DNA of 64,000 nucleotides, from contig CAXMOZ010000113.1 in NCBI GenBank assembly GCA_964195315.1, forward strand, positions 2,873 to 66,872. The letters run 5' to 3'. Positions 17,694 through 28,862 of the stretch are shown piece by piece. How positions within the stretch are numbered: the first letter of the stretch is position 1; every line of letters starts with the position of its first letter. The translations under genes were made by a program, and so were the position numbers. The notes beneath the pieces were generated by a model, which was not told the DNA's origin, made no database searches, and was given only the letters and a program-made list of their open reading frames with translations. Source of the stretch: an uncultured Acidimicrobiia bacterium. GTDB lineage: Bacteria; Pseudomonadota; Gammaproteobacteria; GCA-001735895.

Positions 17694-19721
17694 ATGAGTG
17701 AAAAAGAAGTAAGCGTATTATTCATGCCTTCGGGCTTGCGCGGCCAGGTACAGACAGGCACTACTGTCTTACAGGCCGCGCAACGCCTCGGCGTTGATCT
17801 CGATTCGATCTGTGGCGGGCAGGGCAAATGTCGTCGCTGCCAGGTTTTACCGCAGGAAGGTGAATTTTCTAAGCATGGCATTACCTCGCGTGCTGAGCAC
17901 CTATCCGGGTTGACCGAAACCGAACATTATCTTCAAAGCAAAAACCGTCTAAAAGATGGCAAACGACTGGGTTGTAGTGCGCGTATTCTCGGTGATCTAG
18001 TCGTCGATGTTCCTGAAGAAAGCCAGCAGCACAAGCAACACATTACTAAGGCCGTCACTGCCTACGACATTCAGGTTCAACCTGCGCTACGCTTATATAC
18101 CGTAACGTTGCCCGAACCAGATATGCATGCGCCAATCTCCGATAAGCGACGTTTGCAAAATGCATTGGCAGCTGATTTTGAATTGCCCATTATGGATTGC
18201 GAGCTCTCACAGCTCAGGTTACTTCAGAAATCCCTCGATAAAGCCGACAGGCAAGTGACTGCTGCTGTTTATCAGCATCAGCAAATTATCGGCATTTGGC
18301 CCGGCGAAAAGAAAGTGCTCTATGGCCTCGCAATTGATCTTGGTTCTACTACTATCGCTGCCCAGCTATGTGATATGAACACGGGCGAAGTGGTCGCTAC
18401 GGCTGACACCATGAATCCACAGATTCGGTTTGGTGAAGACTTGATGAGTCGCGTGTCCTACGTGATGATGAACGAAGGCGGCGACGTTGCGATGACCAAT
18501 GTTGTGCGCGAAACGTTTAATCTACTAGCCAAACGTGCCGCAAAATCTGCTGGTATTGCTCTCGATGACATACTCGACATAACTGTTGTTGCTAACCCCA
18601 TCATGCACCACTTGTTTCTCGGTATTGATCCCACTCCGTTGGGAACAGCACCATTTACGTTAACGACTGACCAAACCACGATTGTTCGTGCTGCAGATAT
18701 CGATATTTACTGTCATCCGGAGACACGCGTGTGTGTTCTACCGTGTATTGCTGGACATATTGGAGCGGATACAGCGGGTGTTATCCTCGCCGAGCGTCCT
18801 GACCTGTCTGATGAATACGTATTGCTTGTCGATGTTGGTACCAATGCAGAAATCGTGCTGGGTAATAAACATCGAATGTTGGCAGCCTCCAGCCCAACAG
18901 GTCCCGCATTCGAGGGTGCTCAAATTACCGCCGGGCAACGAGCCGCTCCAGGCGCTATTGAGCGAGTGCGAATTGACCCCGAAACACTAGAACCACGGAT
19001 TCGTGTAATTGGATGTGACGTCTGGTCAGATGATCCTGAATTCACCGAAAAAAGCGCCAAAGTAGGTGTCAGCGGCGTGTGTGGATCAGGCATTATCGAA
19101 GTAGTCGCTGAAATGTTTCTCGCCGGCATCATCGATCAAGATGGCGTAATCGGTCTCGTCGAAGGCAAGGACAATAGCCGGGTAGTGCTTGATGGAAGAA
19201 CCTATTCCTACATATTGCATGATGGCGATAAATCACTTCGCATCACCCAAACTGATATTCGTGCGATTCAACTGGCAAAGGCCGCATTGCACGCAGGCAT
19301 TCGTTTGTTAATCGATTACATGGGCATTAGCAAAGTAGATAAAATTGGCTTCGCCGGTGCATTTGGCAGCCATATTGATGTTAAATACGCGATGGTTCTT
19401 GGCCTTATTCCTGATTGTAAATTGGATCATGTAGGGTCGGTGGGTAACGCCGCGGGTACCGGCGCGCGTATCGCTTTATTGAACTTTCCATCACGTCTTG
19501 AAATTGCCGAAATATTGCCAAAGGTGGAGAAAATCGAAACTGCTCTCGAACCTAAGTTTCAGGAATACTTTATTGAGGCGATGGCTTTGCCGCATAAAAC
19601 CGACCCCTACGAAGAACTGTCTACAATAGTCACTATTCCACCGCCCAAAGCGAAAGCAGAAGGTGATGGGCAGAATGACAGGAAACGTGGCGCTCGAGGT
19701 CGGCGTCGGGCGAGGGTTTAA
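17694..19721 (+). CDS. ASKHA-type ATP-dependent corrinoid reductive activase (RamA/RACo family) with N-terminal 2Fe-2S domain
   Basis: CGGQGKCRRC...C ferredoxin domain, DLGSTT, NPQIRFGEDLMSR, DVGTNAE, GPAFEG, AGAFG, GNAAG. Confidence 0.92.
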   Translation: MSEKEVSVLFMPSGLRGQVQTGTTVLQAAQRLGVDLDSICGGQGKCRRCQVLPQEGEFSKHGITSRAEHLSGLTETEHYLQSKNRLKDGKRLGCSARILGDLVVDVPEESQQHKQHITKAVTAYDIQVQPALRLYTVTLPEPDMHAPISDKRRLQNALAADFELPIMDCELSQLRLLQKSLDKADRQVTAAVYQHQQIIGIWPGEKKVLYGLAIDLGSTTIAAQLCDMNTGEVVATADTMNPQIRFGEDLMSRVSYVMMNEGGDVAMTNVVRETFNLLAKRAAKSAGIALDDILDITVVANPIMHHLFLGIDPTPLGTAPFTLTTDQTTIVRAADIDIYCHPETRVCVLPCIAGHIGADTAGVILAERPDLSDEYVLLVDVGTNAEIVLGNKHRMLAASSPTGPAFEGAQITAGQRAAPGAIERVRIDPETLEPRIRVIGCDVWSDDPEFTEKSAKVGVSGVCGSGIIEVVAEMFLAGIIDQDGVIGLVEGKDNSRVVLDGRTYSYILHDGDKSLRITQTDIRAIQLAKAALHAGIRLLIDYMGISKVDKIGFAGAFGSHIDVKYAMVLGLIPDCKLDHVGSVGNAAGTGARIALLNFPSRLEIAEILPKVEKIETALEPKFQEYFIEAMALPHKTDPYEELSTIVTIPPPKAKAEGDGQNDRKRGARGRRRARV

Positions 19722-19787
19722 TCTGATTAGGCCAAAGTGGAAGGGCGAGGGTTCTATGGCCCTTGTTTGCTGCTGAAAACGGCTGGC

Positions 19788-21611
19788 TTAAGCTGTACTA
19801 GTGAGCTCCTTATCTGCAAGGGGCTGTCCCGAAATATTGGTTACTTTGATCGAATCACGACCAGACATCTTAACCTGATACATCGCTTTATCCGCTGCGG
19901 CTAAAAGCTGATCGAGTAGTTTCTCCGGGTTTTCTTCCGTCGGATTAGTTGCTTTCCAACACACCAATCCAAAGCTAGCGGTAATACGAATTGTTTTATT
20001 ATCACTGGTTACCGCTGTTTCACTGATGGCCTGTCTTAATCTCTTCGTTAGTATATGCGCCTGGCTAGAGTCGGTGGCGTGTAATAAAACGACAAACTCC
20101 TCACCACCATATCGACAAATCAAGTCACCTTCACGACAGCTATTTCTGATTGAGTCGGCAATCGCTTTCAGCACTAAATCACCCGCACTATGACCATAAT
20201 TGTCATTGACCTTCTTAAAATGATCAATGTCGAATAACAGTAATGAAATTGGGCGCAGAAAGCGGATGGCGTTGGAAATTTCGGCTATCGCCTGATCTGA
20301 AAATGAACGCCTATTCAGCAATAAGGTGAGAAAATCTTCGTGTGCCATGCGCTCGAGCTTCTCCTGACTGTCCTGCAGTTCAGCAGTGCGTTCATCAACC
20401 TTTGATTCAAGACGTTCAGTGAGCATTTCCAGTGATATCTGCTGTTTCCAGTCTTGCACTAGGTAGATAGCGAGTGACGTTAGTGTAAATAACACTAAAC
20501 CAAATTGACCCGTACGTCCGATCCAATTGATAAAGCCATGGGCGCTCATCATATCCAGAACTAAAGAGCAAAATAGCGTGAGAATGCCAAAGGCCATTAA
20601 CAGCCCTAAAATCCTTTGGTGTTTCACTTGTTTGAAAAAGCTAAACATCAAAGACAGTACCAGCAAAATAAAAAGAATATCAAACCAGGGGTAAGCATTA
20701 ATAAAACTAAATTCGCTAAAAGTAGAGAGCAGAGCAACGATGGTGGAAAACCCGAGAGTAATAAAAAGTACGCATTGGCTTGTGAATGACCGGCCACTTT
20801 TAAGCCAAGCCGGAATAATAATGGCAAGAAAGGCTGGAATAAGAAAATAACTAAAGGCAGCGACATAACGCCAAAACAGAGGGTCATACCAAACAACTTG
20901 GCTTAACGCATTTTCTGCAAACATCATCAACGCCAAATTAAAAGAAAGCAGGCCAGTAGCGATAGCTGCAACACGATCTTTTTTAATCGTGCCCATGATC
21001 GTGCTGATAATTCCGACCAGTAATACCGTCACGATAAAAAACAAACCGGTGAGTCCTTGGCTATAGACAATATTGATAAGGTCAAAATGTTCGCCAACAA
21101 TTACTTCACCAGAAAAGCCTATTTGTGGATAGTTAGAAAAAACACGGAAATATAGGCTTTGTTGAGCATAATCATCTGGTAGCCGGATTATATGCCAGGG
21201 CCAGCCTTCGAACTGGCTGTTCCCCTTTGCATCTATGTTTCCGAATTGATAGATTTGCTGGCTTTTATGGAATACCTGCAAAGTCAAATCGACACTGTTA
21301 ATGAACAAATAAGGGTCGCGCCAATCACCCGCTGGCAGTGTTACTTTAAGCCAGACGATTTTTTCAGTACCCCTGCCAGGTATTTGCTCTGGTGAATTGG
21401 TGCGCCACCAATCGCTTTTGTCGAAGTCCCATTGACCTGTTCCCATATCTTTAGACAGATCTCCCCAGTGGTAGAACCAATCACCTGACGTTATAAGGGT
21501 GGTAGTACTCTGATTACCCAAGTCAGCCCTAGCTTGTTCTACAATAAAAAAAACAGAGGTGATGGTTATGAATAATAGAAGGACGATTCTTATTAATGGG
21601 TTGAAACTCAA
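19788..21611 (-). CDS. Membrane diguanylate cyclase (periplasmic 7TM-DISM-like sensor)
   Basis: Periplasmic domain plus about 7 TM helices; DIDHFKKVNDNYGH; REGD I-site; RYGGEEF. Confidence 0.88.
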   Translation of the reverse strand: MSFNPLIRIVLLLFITITSVFFIVEQARADLGNQSTTTLITSGDWFYHWGDLSKDMGTGQWDFDKSDWWRTNSPEQIPGRGTEKIVWLKVTLPAGDWRDPYLFINSVDLTLQVFHKSQQIYQFGNIDAKGNSQFEGWPWHIIRLPDDYAQQSLYFRVFSNYPQIGFSGEVIVGEHFDLINIVYSQGLTGLFFIVTVLLVGIISTIMGTIKKDRVAAIATGLLSFNLALMMFAENALSQVVWYDPLFWRYVAAFSYFLIPAFLAIIIPAWLKSGRSFTSQCVLFITLGFSTIVALLSTFSEFSFINAYPWFDILFILLVLSLMFSFFKQVKHQRILGLLMAFGILTLFCSLVLDMMSAHGFINWIGRTGQFGLVLFTLTSLAIYLVQDWKQQISLEMLTERLESKVDERTAELQDSQEKLERMAHEDFLTLLLNRRSFSDQAIAEISNAIRFLRPISLLLFDIDHFKKVNDNYGHSAGDLVLKAIADSIRNSCREGDLICRYGGEEFVVLLHATDSSQAHILTKRLRQAISETAVTSDNKTIRITASFGLVCWKATNPTEENPEKLLDQLLAAADKAMYQVKMSGRDSIKVTNISGQPLADKELTSTA

Positions 21612-21792
21612 GAAAGATATTCTCTTACGACCAATCGAAAATTGAGTATAGCGGATGATGATGAATCTGCAGGCGAATCATTGGCCCGATCGATAGGTTC
21701 GGTCGACCCGATGACCTTATACACTCCTGATTGACTGTTTACTGCCCTCTGATACGACGGTAGCTAATCAGACGGAGTCAGTGAGAGCGCTA

Positions 21793-22800
21793 CTAGAATT
21801 GATAATCGACTAGCAGGTAACACAGACAGTCCTGGCGAACGATTGATTTATCGACTGTAATCATCGCTGGCATTAGGTTGTGCTTGAGATAAATCTTCCC
21901 ATCCTCAATATGAATAATATCGTCGGTCACATCATTACCCTGTTGGTTGGTAATCGATAGTGGCCTCTCCACCGTGGTATAAGCGAAAACATCCTTTGGG
22001 CTAAATTCTGTGAAATTTTTGCGTTCGAAATTTTCATCGAAAGTAATATCAGTTTTAGCTTCTAGATTAAAATCAAAACTAACTAGCGGTGAGATTTTTA
22101 ACGTAGCGAACGATTGCACCAGTTGTAAATCGTGGCTACCAACGGAACGTTGCGGTAAGTGCTGCATATGTAATAACGCGTCGAGTAATTCTAGGGCATG
22201 GTTTATTCCAGCTTCATCACCAGGCCTGCCACATTCAAGTGTTGCGGCAGGGCAAATTCCATCGAATGCCATGGTCGAAACTCCTTTTGGACTTCTAAAC
22301 ACCATGCCGATGTGATTGAACATCGCTGCGATATGATAATTTTCCTGAGTCACACTGGTAATACAAGCGTAGTGAGGATTAAACCCGCTATTATTGTGCA
22401 GGTCGATGGCAGAAAATAGTGGTGTTGCTGTCACGATATCTACCACCTGCTGCATCATTTTAGTTTCATCACTGCTTCCGATATCGGTTCCGGGCCAGCA
22501 TCGATTGAAATCAGTTTGGCCGGGTACCACACGCTCACCGGATGCAGCAGCAGTTACATTACCTATAAACAGGTATATTGGGCGAGGTAAGCCATCTGCA
22601 TATTTTTTTAATAAAGCCTGAATCGTTTTGAGACCTGAAAACTCATTGCCATGCAGTAAAATAGAGACGAACAAAGGTCGACCTGTCTTACCCTCAAGGT
22701 GAATTAATGTCGGTGTTGGAAATATCTGTAAAATTTCACTGACTTCGAAGTCATAAAATTGTTCAGGTAGTTCAGATAATACGGTGAGTTGTTGTGTCAT
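21793..22800 (-). CDS. M14 family Zn-carboxypeptidase / succinylglutamate desuccinylase-like protein
   Basis: LHGNE, DFNR, IDLHN, TLECG. The likely start is MTQQ at 22800; the ORF track extends to 22875. Confidence 0.8.
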   Translation of the reverse strand: MTQQLTVLSELPEQFYDFEVSEILQIFPTPTLIHLEGKTGRPLFVSILLHGNEFSGLKTIQALLKKYADGLPRPIYLFIGNVTAAASGERVVPGQTDFNRCWPGTDIGSSDETKMMQQVVDIVTATPLFSAIDLHNNSGFNPHYACITSVTQENYHIAAMFNHIGMVFRSPKGVSTMAFDGICPAATLECGRPGDEAGINHALELLDALLHMQHLPQRSVGSHDLQLVQSFATLKISPLVSFDFNLEAKTDITFDENFERKNFTEFSPKDVFAYTTVERPLSITNQQGNDVTDDIIHIEDGKIYLKHNLMPAMITVDKSIVRQDCLCYLLVDYQF

Positions 22801-22831
22801 ACGGTTGTTTGAGTGTTCCTGAATATTAATG

Positions 22832-24247
22832 CTAAATCTTTGGCCATAAGTGTACAGGCCTATTGCTTTTCGCATTAGCTAAATAAGCGAGCACTAAAGC
22901 ATTCAGATCATTGTTTTTATGATGAAAACGTAATATCCAGTCTGCGCCGGTTCTGCCGCTCGCGACACGAGCCTGAATAATATCGAGCCATTTCTGCGGG
23001 TTTTCTATACCGAGTTGCTGCAACCCGACTAGTGCAGTCGGTAAGGCTTTTTTAAGCAATAGAGTTTGAATACAATTCACTTCACCATCGCACCAGTTAA
23101 CTCTGGCCCTTAATCCTTCACGCGCTACACGATAGAAATCTTGTTCGAGGGTGGCAAAAGGCACACGCGTTAATTCCTCAGGCTTTAGCTTGAGACCTTC
23201 AAGTAATCCAATAAAGAATACCATGTTGGCCATGGTATCGATTTGGGTTGGGCCGGACGGTGTCACTCGTAGTTCAAGGCGCAAATGATAGAGGTCTTGT
23301 TCTACCCCCAAAATGGGTCTTATCCATCGCCAAATGGTGCCGTTGTGCATATTAAAATGTTGCAGGTTTTCAGTAGGGACGTGTTTAACTTCGGGCAGTA
23401 TAGGGCTGTAGTAGCTATTATCTTCAAACAAGTCTAGCCAGGAATCGATGTAACCTTTGCCAAAATGTACACGGGGGATGATGGCATCCTGTACTTCTCT
23501 TTCATTGCGGGTATCAACTGCCTGCTTAAAAATAGCGATGCGGGATTCCTGCCAACAATGTTTGCCCAGCACCAATGGTGAATTAGCACCAACAGCCAGT
23601 ACTGCCATACTCGCCCATAGAGCGGCGTGATAACTGTCGACTGCTTCGTCAAAGGGAATTTGTAAATGGGTTTGAAGCGAAGTGCTTAGCGCCTCGAGCA
23701 TGACGTCATTTTTTTCAATCTGTAGTAGCTCGTCGCCTTGAATTTCCAGTTTCACGGGACGATTACGCATTTCGATCAAACGCTGATCGAGTAAATGATA
23801 GCGATGTTGGTCCGACATATAATGGGCACTATCGAGGTGTTTCTTTTCCAGACTGGGTAGGACACCAAATAGACCTGGCTGCAAATCAAATTTTGCCGCA
23901 GATTCTTTTACCTGCAAATACAGGTTATTTAAATCTAGTTCTATCTGGTCGAAAACGTCAGGCTGTAGGTCGAAAGCATTTCCGTTAATTTCAAGGTTAA
24001 ATTTTGCTAGTTCATAGGTAAACAGTGGATTGTCTGCATTATCTAAAACTTGCTCGATGAGTGGTGCTGGTTGCCCGGTCGAATCGAGTAGACAAAGCTC
24101 CAGTTCGTATCCGATTTTACATCGTCGGTTATCGAATCGCTTCTCTGCGAATAATCTACGCACGAATTCAGTCTCCTGGTCCAGGCGATGCTGGAACAGG
24201 CGAAAGTCCTTGGCGTCATAGGTTTCCTTACTTATTTCATCGCCCAT
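22832..24247 (-). CDS. Glutamate--cysteine ligase (GCS2)-like carboxylate-amine ligase
   Basis: IGYELE, ELAKFNLEIN, TSLQTHLQ, NSP, ESRIAIF, HNGTIWRWIRP, HLRLELR. Confidence 0.85.
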   Translation of the reverse strand: MGDEISKETYDAKDFRLFQHRLDQETEFVRRLFAEKRFDNRRCKIGYELELCLLDSTGQPAPLIEQVLDNADNPLFTYELAKFNLEINGNAFDLQPDVFDQIELDLNNLYLQVKESAAKFDLQPGLFGVLPSLEKKHLDSAHYMSDQHRYHLLDQRLIEMRNRPVKLEIQGDELLQIEKNDVMLEALSTSLQTHLQIPFDEAVDSYHAALWASMAVLAVGANSPLVLGKHCWQESRIAIFKQAVDTRNEREVQDAIIPRVHFGKGYIDSWLDLFEDNSYYSPILPEVKHVPTENLQHFNMHNGTIWRWIRPILGVEQDLYHLRLELRVTPSGPTQIDTMANMVFFIGLLEGLKLKPEELTRVPFATLEQDFYRVAREGLRARVNWCDGEVNCIQTLLLKKALPTALVGLQQLGIENPQKWLDIIQARVASGRTGADWILRFHHKNNDLNALVLAYLANAKSNRPVHLWPKI

Positions 24248-24504
24248 CTCATCTCTCGCTGAAGCTATCAGTCAGAACTGGCCAACTATTCTGAGTGAGG
24301 CTTAAAGAATACTGACCCAGCATAACTAAATTTAGAATCATAGCAAAATTGAAACGCCAAAAAATTACCGAGTCTATCCGATTAGGGTGTCACTTTAGAC
24401 ATTGCTCGACTATCGGCTTTAAGCGCGCCTCTATTATCCTCATTCAGGATTGATTTTTATTGGATAGTGTTACAATAGCGTGGCTTATCAAATATTCGTA
24501 GCCA

Positions 24505-25968
24505 ATGGAAATTCATAAACTAACCAATATCCTTCTTATGGCCATCCCAATCATAGTGTTACTAGCGCTATGGTTGATATTAAACTTCCGTGGTCATCAT
24601 AAATCGGCTTCAGCCGAATTGCAGGTGCTTACCCTGTTAAGCCATCAGCTTGAAACCAAATTAGCATTAGAGCAGCAGCGTCGGCAGCAGCTTGAGCATT
24701 TGACCCTGGAGCTGAAAAAAAATCTGAACGAGGCTCAAGCTCAGAGCCATAGCTTGCAAAAGTTATTACATAACTCAGAAAAAATCAATCAGGCAGTGAA
24801 ATCAGAGTTAGTTAAAAATCGCGCACTGAGTGATCAAAAGTTAACTCAGTTTGAAGACAATAAAAAACAACTAAAAATCGAATTTGAAAACCTGGCTGGG
24901 AAAATTCTCGACGAAAAAACTAAAGTATTTAACCAGAATAGCCAAAGTTCAATCGAGACTTTACTTAAACCATTTCGCGATCAAATTGAAGGTTTCCAGA
25001 AACGCGTTAACGAAGTCCATAGCGATTCGATTAAAGGAAATTCAGCCATCGAAGTAGAAATTAAAAAGGTGCTGGAAGCGGGCTTGAAAATGGGTGACGA
25101 TGCAAAGAACCTGACATCGGCCCTAAAAGGTGACTCACAAAAAAGAGGAGGCTGGGGAGAAGCTCAACTAGAACGTACATTGGAAATGAGTGGTTTGATT
25201 TCTGGCGCTCACTTTGAAAAGCAGGCATCGTTTAAAGATGTAGACGGGAATCGAAAACAAACTGACTATCTAATCAATGTACCAGGGGGAAAGCAGATTA
25301 TTATCGATAGCAAGGTATCGCTTGTTGCTTATGATCGAGTTGTTGCAGCAGAGACAAGCGAGGCACAAAACCAGGCCCTAACGGAACACGCCAATTCGGT
25401 GAAACGACATATTGATGATTTATCGGGTAAGGACTATACCAACCTGATAGGCATGCGTAGCCCGAGCTTTGTGCTCATGTTCATGCCAATCGAACCGGCT
25501 TATATTGAAGCGCTTAAGTTCGAGAAAGACTTATTTAACTATGGTTATGAACGAAACGTTGTTTTGGTGTCGCATACCACATTAATTCCTATCCTGCGCA
25601 CGGTAGCCAATTTGTGGATGATCGAACGTAGCAATAAAGAAGCCCGAGAAATTGGTGAAAAAGCAGGTGATATTTTCAATCAGGTTTGCGAAGTGGCAAA
25701 CCGAATGAAAAAACTGGGGGGTAGCCTGAGCGCGGCATCAAACCATTACAATTTGACTCTAACTGCTATTGCAGGTCGTCAGGGCTTGCACGGAAAAGTC
25801 GAGCGTTTCAACCAATTGTCGAATAAGGTTAGTAAGTCGATGCCTGGGCTCGAACCATTGCACAATGACTTGAATCACGAAACAATAGAGTTGATAGCGG
25901 AAGCAATCGAAGAGAAAACCGAAAGTGCCGATCAGCAGGAAAGCATCGATCAAACTATAGGTGCTTGA
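24505..25968 (+). CDS. rmuC: DNA recombination protein RmuC
   Basis: N-terminal TM plus coiled coil; RGGWGEAQLE, IIDSKVSL, FVLMFMPIE. Confidence 0.93.
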   Translation: MEIHKLTNILLMAIPIIVLLALWLILNFRGHHKSASAELQVLTLLSHQLETKLALEQQRRQQLEHLTLELKKNLNEAQAQSHSLQKLLHNSEKINQAVKSELVKNRALSDQKLTQFEDNKKQLKIEFENLAGKILDEKTKVFNQNSQSSIETLLKPFRDQIEGFQKRVNEVHSDSIKGNSAIEVEIKKVLEAGLKMGDDAKNLTSALKGDSQKRGGWGEAQLERTLEMSGLISGAHFEKQASFKDVDGNRKQTDYLINVPGGKQIIIDSKVSLVAYDRVVAAETSEAQNQALTEHANSVKRHIDDLSGKDYTNLIGMRSPSFVLMFMPIEPAYIEALKFEKDLFNYGYERNVVLVSHTTLIPILRTVANLWMIERSNKEAREIGEKAGDIFNQVCEVANRMKKLGGSLSAASNHYNLTLTAIAGRQGLHGKVERFNQLSNKVSKSMPGLEPLHNDLNHETIELIAEAIEEKTESADQQESIDQTIGA

Positions 25969-26045
25969 AAAGCTAATCTATAACCTTACCTATTAGTAAC
26001 ATTAATATGCAAGTTTTTTGCAGTATTTGAGACACAAAGAAAAAT

Positions 26046-26954
26046 ATGAAGTATCAGGATTATTACCAAATTTTAGGCGTTGAACGTGACGCAGCTACCC
26101 CAGACATCAAGAAGGCCTATCGCAAGCAGGCCAGGCGATACCACCCTGATGTCAATAGCGAAGCCAGTGCCGAAGAAAAATTCAAGGAAATAAATGAAGC
26201 CTACGAGGTATTAAAAGATACCGAAAAACGTCAGGCCTACGATCGATTTGGAAGCGACTGGAAGCATGGGCATGAATTCAATGGTGGTCATGGTCATGGG
26301 AATGCAGGTGCTGATGGTTTTAGCGGCGGTGATTTCAGTGATTTTTTCGAATCTATTTTTGGTGGTGCTCAACAAGGTGGGCAAGGCAGGCAAAGACAGC
26401 CACTGCCAAAAGGTGAAGACCATCACTTAAAACTTGATATTTCCCTTGAGGAAGCCTACCTCGGCGGTGCTAAGACTATTCAGTTCAGCCGGAAATCACC
26501 GAATGCCGGCAAGCTATCAAGCCCTGAGTTGAAAAAACTCAAAATCAATATTCCTAAAGGTGTCTCGACAGGACAAAAAATCCGTCTTGGCAAGCAAGGC
26601 TATGAGAGTCCACAGGGAGGAGAAGCAGGAGACCTTTATTTGGAAATGAGTATTTTACCCCATCGACTTTACAAGTTAGAAGGTAAAAATATCAACCTGA
26701 GGCTGCCGCTAACCCCCTGGGAAGCCGCGCTGGGCACGACGCTCAAAGTACCTACATTAGATGGTGAAGTTGGTCTTAAAATAAAACCTGGCATGCTATC
26801 AGGACAAAAAATTCGCCTGAAAGACAAAGGCATGCCTGGTGGTGATCAAATGGTCGAGGTGATGATTCAAACACCAGCGGCCGATAGTGAAGAGGCTCAG
26901 CAATTTTACAGTGATATGAAAAAACAGTTCGATTTCAATCCGCGTTCATTTTAG
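26046..26954 (+). CDS. cbpA: DnaJ-class chaperone (CbpA-like)
   Basis: J-domain with HPD, G/F region 'FSDFFESIFG', PWEAALG; no zinc finger. Confidence 0.85.
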   Translation: MKYQDYYQILGVERDAATPDIKKAYRKQARRYHPDVNSEASAEEKFKEINEAYEVLKDTEKRQAYDRFGSDWKHGHEFNGGHGHGNAGADGFSGGDFSDFFESIFGGAQQGGQGRQRQPLPKGEDHHLKLDISLEEAYLGGAKTIQFSRKSPNAGKLSSPELKKLKINIPKGVSTGQKIRLGKQGYESPQGGEAGDLYLEMSILPHRLYKLEGKNINLRLPLTPWEAALGTTLKVPTLDGEVGLKIKPGMLSGQKIRLKDKGMPGGDQMVEVMIQTPAADSEEAQQFYSDMKKQFDFNPRSF

Positions 26955-26971
26955 AGAGGGTCAACCAGCCA

Positions 26972-28345
26972 ATGGGGAAAGTACGGTTAGTACTAGTACT
27001 ATTGCTGTCGACCTGGTTCATGGTGGTGTCGGCAGCTCTACCGGTCGCAGTAGACGGGCAGGTATTACCCAGCCTGGCCCCAATGTTAGACAAAGCAAGG
27101 CCAGCAGTCGTCAACATAGCAACTCGTGGTAAAACTAAGCAAAGGCGGCAGTCGTCACTCTACAATGATCCTTTCTTCCAGCGCTTTTTTAACTTACCGG
27201 GTGCTGAACGTACACGCGAAACTCAAAGCCTCGGATCTGGCGTAATCGTCGATGCTAAAAACGGTTATGTGCTGACCAATAATCACGTCATTAAAGACGC
27301 CTACGAAATTACCGTTACCTTGACAGATGGGCGAGAAATGCAGGCCAATATTATTGGCAGTGATCCAGACACCGATGTAGCAGTGATTCAAGTGCAAGCC
27401 AATGACTTGAACGAATTGCCGATGGCCGATTCAGGCCAACTGCGTGTCGGCGATTTTGTCGTCGCGATTGGCAATCCGTTTGGTTTGGGCCAGACCGTCA
27501 CCTCGGGCATCGTATCGGCACTAGGCCGATCGGGACTCGGACTCAAATCTATCGAAGACTTTATTCAAACCGATGCATCTATCAATGTAGGTAATTCAGG
27601 CGGTGCATTGGTTAACTTACGAGGCGAGCTAATTGGTATCAATACCGCTATCTTAAATGGAGGCGGCGCATCATCCGGCAGTATTGGTATTGGCTTTGCG
27701 ATCCCGATAAATATGGCACACGACATCATGTTGCAACTCGTTGAATTTGGTGAAGTGCAACGTGGCAGGCTAGGCGCGCAGGGGCAAGACTTAACGCCTG
27801 AGCTGGCCCAGGCATTTGGTATGCCCTTAACCAGTGGGTTTATAGTCACGCAGATAGAAAGCGGCTCTCCCGCACAAAAGGCCGGCTTAGAAATAGGCGA
27901 TGTTATTACATTAGCCAACAATAAGAGCATTCGTTCATCGCAGGACATGATTAACCTGGTCGGACTATTACGTATGGGTCAATCGATGGATGTCACTTTA
28001 TATCGGCAGGGTAAAAAACTAGAATTAGAGGTCGTCATCCAGCCAATCGAAATAGCGGTACTCGAAGGCAGGCATCTATTACAGAAACTGACAGGAGCCA
28101 AAATTGGACAGGTGACTGAATCGAGCCTTAAATACGGCCTGGTCACTTATTTGCAAGTGCTAGAAATAGAAAAAGACTCACCCGCATGGCGGGCAGGTAT
28201 AAGAAAAGGTGATGTCCTGTATTCAATCAATAAACAATTAGTACCAACATTCGAACAAGCGCTGGGAATTATTAGCAATAATCAGGGTGGTATGATCCTC
28301 AATATTAGTCGTGGCAATAGAGCCCTGTATCTGGTCATTAAGTAG
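26972..28345 (+). CDS. degQ: Periplasmic serine endoprotease, DegQ/DegP family
   Basis: Signal peptide, PSLAPML, TNNHV, GNSGG catalytic Ser, two PDZ domains. Confidence 0.9.
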   Translation: MGKVRLVLVLLLSTWFMVVSAALPVAVDGQVLPSLAPMLDKARPAVVNIATRGKTKQRRQSSLYNDPFFQRFFNLPGAERTRETQSLGSGVIVDAKNGYVLTNNHVIKDAYEITVTLTDGREMQANIIGSDPDTDVAVIQVQANDLNELPMADSGQLRVGDFVVAIGNPFGLGQTVTSGIVSALGRSGLGLKSIEDFIQTDASINVGNSGGALVNLRGELIGINTAILNGGGASSGSIGIGFAIPINMAHDIMLQLVEFGEVQRGRLGAQGQDLTPELAQAFGMPLTSGFIVTQIESGSPAQKAGLEIGDVITLANNKSIRSSQDMINLVGLLRMGQSMDVTLYRQGKKLELEVVIQPIEIAVLEGRHLLQKLTGAKIGQVTESSLKYGLVTYLQVLEIEKDSPAWRAGIRKGDVLYSINKQLVPTFEQALGIISNNQGGMILNISRGNRALYLVIK

Positions 28346-28353
28346 GCAAAATC

Positions 28354-28836
28354 ATGAGTAAACTAACGCATTTCAACGAGTCGGGCGAAGCCCACATGGT
28401 CGATATTAGTGAAAAAAAGAGCACTGCGCGCCGTGCCGTAGTGAGTGGTAATATCAGCATGAAACCGACTACGCTGGCACTCATTACCGAGGGCAAACAC
28501 AAAAAAGGAGATGTTCTCGGCATCGCACGTATTGCTGGCATCATGGCAACCAAGCGCACCGCAGACTTGATTCCGTTGTGTCACCCGCTAGCACTCACCC
28601 ATGTATCAGTTGATTTTGAAATTAACGAGTCTAATCATCGAATCGAATGCACCGTTGCGACAGAAACACAGGGTCAGACCGGTGTAGAGATGGAAGCACT
28701 GACGGGTGCTCAAGTAGCGCTGCTGACTATCTATGACATGTGTAAGGCGGTTGATCGAGGCATGGTGATTGGTGATATTAAACTGCTAGAGAAAAAGGGT
28801 GGTAAGTCTGGGCACTGGGTGTCCAGTTGTGAGTAG
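28354..28836 (+). CDS. moaC: Cyclic pyranopterin monophosphate synthase
   Basis: [30 protein letters not shown]. Confidence 0.97.
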   Translation: MSKLTHFNESGEAHMVDISEKKSTARRAVVSGNISMKPTTLALITEGKHKKGDVLGIARIAGIMATKRTADLIPLCHPLALTHVSVDFEINESNHRIECTVATETQGQTGVEMEALTGAQVALLTIYDMCKAVDRGMVIGDIKLLEKKGGKSGHWVSSCE

Positions 28837-28862
28837 TCTGTCAAACTTAGGGTGTCCTTCAG

